Assembly: GCF_041146345.1 (NCBI RefSeq)
Contig: NW_027191413.1
Coordinates: forward strand, 744,001-808,000
Reading direction: 5' to 3'
Length of the DNA stretch: 64,000 bases
DNA from: Neodothiora populina
Taxonomy: Eukaryota
The notes under the pieces are model-generated. The model was not told where the DNA came from and searched no databases. It worked only from the letters and a program-made list of their open reading frames with translations. Both the position numbers and the translations under genes were made by a program. Positions 53,837 to 64,000 of this stretch are shown here, one piece after another (the first letter of the stretch is position 1; each line of letters opens with the position of its first letter).

Positions 53837-55563
53837 ATGTCAGGTATCGAGATCGCTGGCATTGCCCTGGCAGTCATTCCGCTGATAGTGGGAGCTGCCA
53901 ACCTTTACAGAGAAAAGGTTGATCCGAGACGCAGAGATCAGAGGATTGCAGACTTCTATCGCGATCTCGCATTCGAGGTGGAGTTTCTGCGAGTGATGCT
54001 GAGTGGCATGGTCGAACAGCCAGGGAATAGTCGACATCATCGATCAGATAGTGTGATGCAAGATCGCATCCACCATGAGCGTCTGGCGGAGAGACTTGGT
54101 AGTTCGACACCGATATTCTTGGACATACTGCAAGACAACCTGGAGTCGTTTAACCATCTCGTCTCTGAACAAGGACTGGGCCTAGAGGGCTCCTCGATGG
54201 TACATCAATCTACGATGACTGGAGAACAACGACTGACTTCGTGAACAGACCCATGGTACAGTTGTATATGCCAGACTTATAGCACTCAAGAGTCAAAGAG
54301 AGTCAGGCAGAAGTATAGCCGAGCTGAAGAAAAGGATTGTGTTCAGTTCCAATGAGCAGAGGAGGCAGAGGCTGGTCCAACGATTGCAAAGGAACAACGA
54401 AAAGCTGGAACGCTTGCTCAATCTGAGGACAATCAACAACGTAGGAAAAGACGTTAGTGGTAACGCGCCATCAACAAATTCTCGAGATGTCTTGATGCGG
54501 CTATATAAAGCCGTGGCAAAGGTGTGGCAGAAAGAATCTTGCCCATACCATGAAGCAATGATATCTCTCAGGTGTTGCTGCTCATGGTCAGAGCTTGGGT
54601 CTGGGATCAACAACGATGTGAATATTGTCATGTCTGCGCACTCAACTAAGGATTCATCATGGCAAGAGAGCAGGTTGAAATTTGCGTGAGATCTGCGGAT
54701 ACCTCGGCATCTTATGATATCAGACTGACCATTAAAATAGGAATGCTCATAGTACTAGAATCCGTTTCGCTACTGACCCAGCTGCACCAAGCCTAGCCCA
54801 AGTTCATGCTCAACGCCGACCATTTGACAGGCTTTGCGATACGATACACCAAGCCCAGCAGCATAGAGCAAACATTTGTGTTGAGTATGATGGCACCGAG
54901 CTCTGGCATGCTAGATCAACTGCAGCGCCGACGATACATATGTTGGCTTTGCGCACAACCCTGCGTGATTTGTTCCAGCGACGTCACAAGGTCTCATTAA
55001 AACAAAAGCGCATTCTCGCTGTCATCCTTGCAAAAGCACTCCTGCATTTCGGCGAGACAGTATGGTCGCAAGGAGAGTGGAACAAGATGCAATTAACATT
55101 CCTCTCAGATCCCAAAAGCACGGATCGTCAAGATTATGATTTGGACCATCCTTACATCGATGCAAAATTCGCGAAGCCTGAAAAAAGCTTTTTGGACGAT
55201 TCGAAAACACAATTTCAGATGCACCCCAATCCAAGTGTCCTGTCACTTGGTATTCTACTCCTTGAAATTGATCTTTGGGACGAGATCGAGAAACACAGAA
55301 CTGAAACAGACATGGCTGACGGGATACCCAATGTAAACACTGATCTAACCACAGCACAGGGTCTACTTCAGACCCGGTGCGATTATATCCAAGAAGATCA
55401 CAGGGCAGCACTCAACGCTTGTCTTAAGTGCGAATTTGCTGGAGACTGCAGGGTTGCGTCCTTGACAGACGACAAATTCCGGCAAGGGTTCTATGATCAG
55501 GTGGTAAGGCCGCTCGAGAAGGAGCTTTTTGTTGGGTTTAAAATCGAGGTCCATAGTTCATGA
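53837..55563 (+). CDS. Protein with HeLo-like hydrophobic N-terminal helix and a C-terminal fungal helical domain (DUF7580-like), 540 aa, 3 exons
   Basis: Exons 53837-54199, 54249-54685, 54741-55563 join in frame. N-terminus MSGIEIAGIALAVIPLIV; C-terminal RILAVILAKALLHF..W..W, HPYI, HPNPSVLSLGILLLEI, ALNACL, FYDQVVRPLEKEL. Confidence 0.78.
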
Positions 55564-56402
55564 CTCCCGTAGCTCCATTGATTACAACATCTATACGCCT
55601 TTGTTACTTGATCTTACCCTCGACATGCTGCACTAAACTCCATTCCGACAGCAACAGATTGGTTGGAAGCAAGAGCGAGAGGCGTCGACCCCGCTTCATT
55701 GCGAGACTCACTATTGCTCTCTGATGTACTGCCGCTGCGCTGTGACATGTCTGTGAACCAATGCATGCATCTGTATGCATGAAGCGTTCCACTGTCACGC
55801 GTGCATTGGGTCCATGCTTGCCAGAGATAAGTGTCCATTCGATTGGACCAAGGAACGCCAGCTTATGGATTGCACATCGCAAATACGGTTGAATGAGGCA
55901 ACCGATCGACCACTTGACTTGATGTGCTGCTTCGTCAAGGATATCAGCTCTGCCAGACAGAGGCGACTTGATCAAGCCGATGGCGCTCATTGGCGTTCTG
56001 GAGCTCTCTAGTGCGAGGCTGAAAGTGCTTGAGGGTCCGCCTTTCATTGAAAGGGCAGGCATCGTTTGCCAGTCATCTTGAGCGTATCAATGCAGAAGAC
56101 ATGTGGAAGATCGACGATGCAGTAGTGCAGCTGCAGCTGAAATTGAGTGTATAATCAGTAGTTGTGAATGGAAATTCTCTGCGGGGAGATCATGGTGGAC
56201 GTTTAGACGCGAAATCCGATCGTGGTAAATGTATCTGAACCAACGATTCAGATATGGGACCCTCCACGGAATGATCCTGACAAGAGGGTCATTCAAGTCA
56301 TATGTAGAAAAAGGCCAAACACCTGGGGACGCCGTTGACCACCATGAAATGCCAATCGCTGAATGTGACACACAAAAGAAGTATAAGGTGATTTACATCA
56401 CT

Positions 56403-57540
<1,138 letters not shown>

Positions 57541-58123
57541 CTTGCCGAATTCCCTCTGATTCCACTGCTTTAAAAGTGCACTGATATACAGAAGTCTGGC
57601 GAGGATAGAAAAGACTGGATGGAAGAAAGTCGATGATTGCCGCGGCGAATAATTTGGAAAGTACGAAACACTTTCTACGCTCCAAAGAGGGAAGGCGCAG
57701 TCTTGGCACCAGGGTTTGCGGGGAAGTCGCTAGTTCTTGCCCTTGGATTTATCTCAGATAGGTACTGTACCGTATGCAATAAAGTCTTACCTCCGAGCCA
57801 TTTCGCATGTGCCATTCGTTGATCAAGGGTTCGGACTGTTCTCAGGTTATTCTGCCTATCCTTGTCGTGCTGGGCTCTGCCTCCCCTTGTGTTGCTTACG
57901 CTACACTGACCGGTCACCTATCTACTTGTATCTAGTCCATTAGCCTCCACGAGTCGTCGGAGCGCTGCACGAGTGACCGAGTAGCTGAATCATTGTCACG
58001 CAGCGGCAGGTTTCACTATAAAGTAGGTTGTTACTTTGTCTTATCTTGCTCCAGTCTGTTCATCTATATGACTACTACTCAAGGTGAGAATCTTACCAAA
58101 GTGCAATAGCAAGGCCAAGCAAC

Positions 58124-59475
58124 ATGACCGCTGTCATTCGACCTCGGGTGTTCCTGGACGTGACGATCGGGACGGAGCCAGCAGGTCGTTTGACTATTGA
58201 ATTGTTTACGGATAAGACACCAAAGACATGCGAGAAGTTCGTCGAGTCTATCATCGGATGCTTGACATGCTACTGATCTCTCTCTGCAGTTTTCGCCAGT
58301 TATGTACTTCGTCAGATCCAGCAGCTTCGTATGCAGCTAGTCCTTTCCACAGGATCATCGATGAATTTATGATCCAGGGCGGTGACATCACTGCAGGTAA
58401 TGGGACTGGTGGTAAGAGTATCTACAATGATGGCGGCGAATTCGCAGATGAGAACCTCGAGTGGCGTCAGCTGGACGCTACGGGTCTTGTCTGTATGGCG
58501 AATAGAGGCAGGGATACGAACAGCAGTCAGTGAGCACAATCTCTCCTGTTACCCTTCGATCTCACCACCCATGAAACTTGTTTCCAGATTACTCATGCTG
58601 TAGCCATTAGGTTCTTCATCACTCTCGAGCCATGTCCCCACCTGAACGGCAAACATACCGTGTTTGGCAATCTGGTCGGCGGCCATGATGTTCTGCAGAG
58701 GATGGCCAAAGTGAAGGTCAACGACGATGACAAGCCTTTCGAACCAGTCCTCGTTGCCAGATGCGGGGAGCTCGAAAGAAAGAGAAAGCCTCCTGCCATC
58801 AATAGTGGCTCACCCGAGAAAGTCGCTGACCGTGGACGTAAGCGTAGCGATGGTTCGTCGCATTCACCAGTCCGGAAGACGAATGGTAGTCCCAGAACAA
58901 GCGACAAACGCAAGCGCCGCCAAAGTGACAACCAAATCGACGAGAATCTGCGCGGCAGACCGCGTGCTCGTTCTGATGATGAGTCCGACGCGAACACTCA
59001 TCGCGACTCGCGTAGTCCGGCGACCATTCACAGGCGCAGACGCAGCCCTAGCCCCAGCAGGGTTCCACCAGATGTGGGAGGGCAGAACAATAGCGACAAC
59101 GCTGAAGCTGATTACGAGAGAAGACGACGAAGGAGCTTACCGAATCAGTATCATGATGAACAACGGCGACGCGGTTCCGAGACGAGAGATAGGGAGCATA
59201 GCAGGAGTAGGAGCAGAGATAGACGGTCTTATCGGAGAAGTGGGCAAAATGCCTGGAACGAGCCCAGAAATCACGACAGACGTGATGGCACTCGGGGAGG
59301 CGAACAGAGACACAAAGGCTATGCCAGAAGACAGCAAGACCGCTACCGCCCCAGCATGGAAGGTCGACTGGGCGGTGGCAGCAGCGGCGAGGGCGCTGGG
59401 GGTGACAACGAAAGCGGCATCAAATTCAAGGGTCGTGGTAGCATGAAATATCGAGAGCCCGACCGGAAATGGTAG
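58124..59475 (+). CDS. Cyclophilin-type PPIase with Arg/Ser-rich C-terminal tail, 3 exons
   Basis: Exons 58124-58236, 58290-58529, 58611-59475. Motifs [62 protein letters not shown]-rich tail ending [12 protein letters not shown]. Confidence 0.9.
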
Positions 59476-59501
59476 ACTAAGCCACACTTCGAAATGGAAC
59501 A

Positions 59502-60100
59502 TCAGAGCTTTCCATCTTTCGTGCCCGCGCCAGTTCCCTCGCCATGCACAAGCACACACCAGCCTTCATGTCTGTTGCAACCACTCAGCCCTTCGAAACC
59601 GCCGACCGCAGCACCGGGGAATTGCTCCTTGGCTTGTTCCAGAACGTCATCGTCGAAGGTTCCAGGTTGTAGCCAGACGGCCTGGATGCCTGCGTCTTTG
59701 GCGTCCTTGAGCAGCTGCTTAGTGACTGCAGGAGGAGTGACTATGCTGAGCGAGGTTGACGATGCATTCTTGAGCGCAGACGGCGCCGCTGCAGTCTGGA
59801 AATTGTTGTTCCTGACGGAAATCGAGGAAGCGCGAGGGTTCAAGGGAGTAGGCTGGATACCCTGGTCAAGATACCAAGCGAAGACTTGCGACATGTCAGT
59901 GCCATAGTCTTATCTTCTACGCGTTGTATGTAGGCTCGAAAAAAGGTATTGTAGATACATGACTCGTCCTATACTCAATTATCACACTACCTACTTTTGT
60001 TCCCGAATTTAGCTGCATCGCTCGATGCGCCGGCCACGGCGTAATGCGGGGACGAGAAGAACTTCTTTGCTGCCGCTTGCATGTCGTCTGTAGTTGACAT
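59502..60100 (-). CDS. CoA-binding domain protein (YccU-like), 2 exons
   Basis: Exons 60100-59995 and 59884-59502. Motifs FFSSPHYAVAGASSDAAKFGNKIFAWY, PLNP, SLSIVTPPAVT, AVWLQPG, CVLVHG. Confidence 0.85.
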
Positions 60101-60739
60101 GGCTTTGCTCTTCTTTAATGGATGCTGTTGTGAAACAAGAGAAGAGTTGGAGTGGAGTGATGGTTATCATCTTTTCAGGGAATAATGTCCGGTTTTCCTG
60201 GACCTCGGCGTGTTATGATGAGAGAGGGCAAGGTGAGCTCCGATAAGATAAGGGGTATGGATGATGTCAGATCACGAAAGGGAATGCGGACAAGTCACCT
60301 CCGTCGGTTGAGGATTGTGGTAGAGCAACAGTGATGATGGATTGTGATTGAAGCCCATAACGAGGATGGGTCCTATGATTACTTATGGCAATCTCACTTA
60401 AGACAGAAATGGCACGTTGTTGTAGTCGGCGGTTTGTGCACATCACGACTTCCTTCGCCACAGCACGCGGGCACCGGATATTGATGCTCCGACTTCGTGC
60501 TTGTCTAGGTCCGAGGGCAGATCAGATCAGATCATGTCTAGCATTCACTCACGCTCGTCGCATAATCACACAGTATTGATATCACTCCACTCTCATCTGT
60601 CTTCTCCCTTCCTCGTGCGTCTCTTGTGTGTGCCTTCGAGTCGTTCATCCGCTTTGATTGCTTCCCTTTATAGTCTTCGATGACCACTGGACAATCGGAC
60701 TCTGACCCGGCAGGAGAGATGCCTCCTTCATCTTCGGCG

Positions 60740-61573
60740 ATGAGCAAGATTATTTATTTCGGGCAGTTTGCTGTGACGCCCCAGGTACGTTTTTCTTCTT
60801 CGTGATATCTGTCTCTCGCATTTGCTTGTTTTTGAAAATCGTCTGGTTTTCGGGTCATCTTTCGGCGGCGAATTGCAAGACATGAATTGGCGACAGAAAG
60901 AGAGGTCGAAACATATACACAAGCAGATCGCGCACAGCCAGCATCTCAAAACCCAAGCCCAACAGCAATCCAATCCCCCAGATCCTCTCCAACTGACCCA
61001 ACCCCTCCCGCACAGGTCTTCCACAAAACGCAACACTCCTTCTGCCTCGTGAACCTCAAGCCCCTCCTACCAGGCCACGTGCTAGTCTCGCCCCTGCGCC
61101 GTGTAAGCCACATGACGGACCTTGCCGCGCCCGAAATCAACGACCTCTTCCAAACAGTGCAAAGAGTCGAGCGCACGCTGAAACGCCTGTACGGCTCGGA
61201 CGCCTTCAACATCGCGATCCAGGACGGGCCGGCGGCGGGCCAGAGCGTGCCGCATGTGCACGCGCATATCATCCCTCGGAGATGGGGCGATATGGACTCG
61301 AGGGGCGGCGGCGATAAGATGTATGAGTTGCTTGAGGGCGAGGAGGGGGATGTCGGGTTGCATCTTGAGGAGCAACAGCGGGAGCAGGAGGAAGGTGGGA
61401 AGAAAAAGTATAATCGGTTCCCGAAACAGAGTGATGAGGATCGCAAACCGAGGGATATGGAGACTATGAAGAAGGAGGCCGAGTGGTTGGCGCGGGAGAT
61501 GGAGAGGGATAATGGGGTCGAGGGAAGTGCTGTTCTGCGCGAGCAGGATGAGAGCGCCGGGTGTTCGCTATGA
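60740..61573 (+). CDS. HNT2: Fhit-family HIT hydrolase (bis(5'-adenosyl)-triphosphatase), 2 exons
   Basis: Exons 60740-60784 and 61016-61573. Motifs YFGQFAVTPQVF, VNLKPLLPGHVLVSP, NIAIQDGPAAGQSVPHVHAHIIPR (HIT motif), RKPRDMETMKKEA. Confidence 0.9.
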
Positions 61574-62174
61574 ATGGATTCAATGCATGAATTAGGAGGC
61601 GCGTTATTCCCTGCTAAAGAGTAGAAGCGAGTCGGGGAGTTATATGATGCTCTGGAATGACTACTCTACTGCGGGACGTCACGAAAAGCAAGAAAAGGCC
61701 AATTGCAAACGAGAACCCGATGCTCAAAGAAAGAGAATGAAACGGACGAGGGGAGGGCGCAAAGACGTCTTTTGTACTGTAGGACAGCAACAGCGGATCA
61801 AGACCAACCGAACCAGTGCATCGAGTATCCCCATCTGTTGCTCCTCATATATATAGCAACACACTAGCGAGAATGCAAACAGATGCTCTGCCATGCATAT
61901 ACACTTTCTACCTCCGAGTCTCTTTTCCATCACAAGACTTTACGCCCGGAGAAGGAAAAAAGGAGACTTGAAACCAACTTCGAAATAATCAAAAAGGTGT
62001 AAATAAAAAGAAGAAGTAAAGAAAACAAAAAAAAAACGCCGGACCGATGCTCATTTACCCGTCAGCGGAGAGTGGGAAAAGAAGACTCCATCACTCCGTC
62101 CATTTCCATGGACCTAATCCATCCATCCTTCCCAGCCCAACCCTTTCTCCTCTTCGCAACCGGAAAATCACCCT

Positions 62175-63404
62175 CTAGTTTGCGAGAATGGTCTTGACGA
62201 GATCTGTGTTACATCGCCCGTCAGTCCATTGAAACTCTTTAGAAATTAGGCGCGACCGCAAGATAAACATACCCATGTAGTTGATCTCTCCTGACGTGGT
62301 GTCCACAGCCTTGAGCAACTCGTCGACCTCGTCGTCGCTCATCTTCTCGCCCAGGTTGGTCAGGATGTATCTGAGCTGACCGACGCCGATGAAGCCCGTC
62401 ATCTCCTTGTCGAAGACCTGGAAGCCGCGGCAGTATTCCTCGGGCTCGCCGGGATCGCGGAAACCGCCTGGGCGGTTGAGGACTTTGCTGAAGGACTCGA
62501 AGTCGACTGGTGGAGAGTTGTATTAGCGCTTGCTGTTCTTCCATGTCGTATCTCCTCGTGTTTCTTCATAGTCGTGTGTGACTTGTTATTCTCGCGACTC
62601 TGTGTCTCGATATTCTCCTTCTCTTTGGCCTTATGTCGCTTCGCATTCTCTCGTCGAGAGGCTGTTTGCTGGTAAACAAAAGAAAAATACTCACAATCGC
62701 CGCCGATTCCTTGCTCCAAGTCTCCAATCTCGGCGAGCGTGGGGTTCTGTCCACACGCGCGCAGAAGATCACCGAGCTGGTTCAGAGACACACGTCCGTT
62801 GCCGCGCTTGTCGAAGAGGGCGAAAGCCTCCTTGTAGTTGGTGGTGCTTGCCTGTTGTTCCGCCATATTCGATTAATGATTGTTCTCTTGCGTGTCTGTG
62901 ATGTTCTCGTTTTTCAAGAATCTGTGGTTTCCGATAGATGGAGATGTGCAGCAGATTGTTATGTATATGTGTTGTGTGTATGTGTTTCAGTGTGAGTGAG
63001 TCCGTTGCACGAGGATGCGTTGATCAGGGGATAGCCGCGGGGATATTGTTGTGGTGATCCGGAGACTGTGCTGCTGCTGCTGCTGCTGCTGCTGTCCGAT
63101 TTGTTGTTGTGGTTGCCGAAAAGGAAAAAGCAGCTTTCTTGTTGTCGAATCAGGAAAACAGGGGGGAGAAGGCAGTGATCGCTTCTTCTGTCGCAACCGA
63201 AACGCATACACAACACATATACACAAACAAAGCTGTTCTCTTTTCCTGCTCTCTGCATCTGCCGAGAACCAACTTTCCCACCCAACCCCCTCCTCTTTGT
63301 GGTTCTGTTCCACCCCTCCCCAAAACGGCAGGGTCTGCCGAGATTCGCACTCGACTCGGAATGCCGCAATTGGAGGAAAAAAGGTTGATCGCATGACTTA
63401 CCAT
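62175..63404 (-). CDS. MLC1: Myosin essential light chain (Mlc1/Cdc4, EF-hand)
   Basis: Exons 62851-62695, 62506-62273, 62203-62175, with NYKEAFALFDKRG, LGDLLRACGQNPTLAEI, GFQVFDK..GFIGVGQLRYILTNLGEKM. The start is either an ATG-only first exon at 63404-63402 (caaaaaATG|GTAAGT) or the in-frame ATG at 62866. Confidence 0.9.
63070..63094 (-). repeat. (CAG)8 microsatellite in the putative first intron/5' region of MLC1
   Basis: + strand gctgctgctgctgctgctgctgctg. Confidence 0.85.
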
Positions 63405-64000
63405 TTTTTGTTTCTTGTTCGCTCGCAAAGATGTTTTTCTCGGGGATGGTAGAGGAATGGAAGAGAGATCTCGAGGATTAGTTTGATAGTAGCGGTTTTT
63501 CGTATGACAGAGGACTAAGTAACAAAGGAGAGCGGGCGGTTTGTTGCTCTTTACGGGGGACTCGCGCAACGATCATCTCTAGGGTCGGTCATATGCCAAG
63601 GCCCTATCCGTTGTCAGGGTGATGGCTGTCCATGTCCATTTGACGCCAGATACAGGAGTAAGGCAGCATAGCACAAGATGGAGTCGATGCTGCAAGCATG
63701 TGGTAAGTGTCAAAACATTTCGGTTACTCAAAAGATAGTGCTATCTCTCCGTGCTTGCTTGCAAACGTTGATTCCCCTATCAGATTAGTAAACTGGATCG
63801 GCTTTCCAGATCCGCGTCTTCAAGTTATTCCTTCAGCCAGTCGGTGAATACTACGACATTGATAGCCATGTCTGATCATGCAGCTGAACATCATGTAATT
63901 GTCATCATACCACACAAATACAAGTCTCACTCTTGGTCATTTTCCCCATCTGCGACTTTCTGAGGCAACCCCTGTGCTTTCGCTGGCAAGAAGCGGATGG

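Noticed and set aside
55604..56371. Minus-strand ORFs of 152 and 94 aa after the HeLo-like gene; looked for an S8 protease or gasdermin remnant
   Set aside because: No catalytic D/H/S motifs or recognisable family.

Overview
Fungal (filamentous ascomycete, probably Dothideomycetes) genomic DNA with short spliceosomal introns. Most of the window is housekeeping genes: creA, tRNA-Trp(CCA), YIP4, a Ran-binding protein, HRQ1 helicase, GAL7, a C2H2/fungal-specific transcription factor, a beta-hydroxyacid dehydrogenase, an RTA1-like protein, aspartate aminotransferase, UFE1, a DHA1 MFS transporter, a DUF1774-like protein, IFA38, ERG28, KRR1, an SR-type cyclophilin, a CoA-binding protein, HNT2 and myosin light chain. 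Between ERG28 and KRR1 (about 45.4-56.4 kb) lies an accessory-looking block. It holds a possible gene relic, an AsaB/CmcJ-like oxidoreductase and a head-to-head pair: an NLR-like gene (helical/C2H2 N-terminus, NB-ARC, TPR) and a gene with a HeLo-like N-terminus. The NLR has an in-frame TAG exactly at the invariant Walker A lysine while all downstream motifs and splice sites look intact. Other oddities: a tRNA-Trp with an A31-C39 mismatch, two GC-AG introns, a PTS2-like extension on aspartate aminotransferase, a 1-nt frameshift in the MFS gene, structured long introns and clusters of CreA-type sites. Exon models were read by eye and family names come from motif recognition, not database searches.
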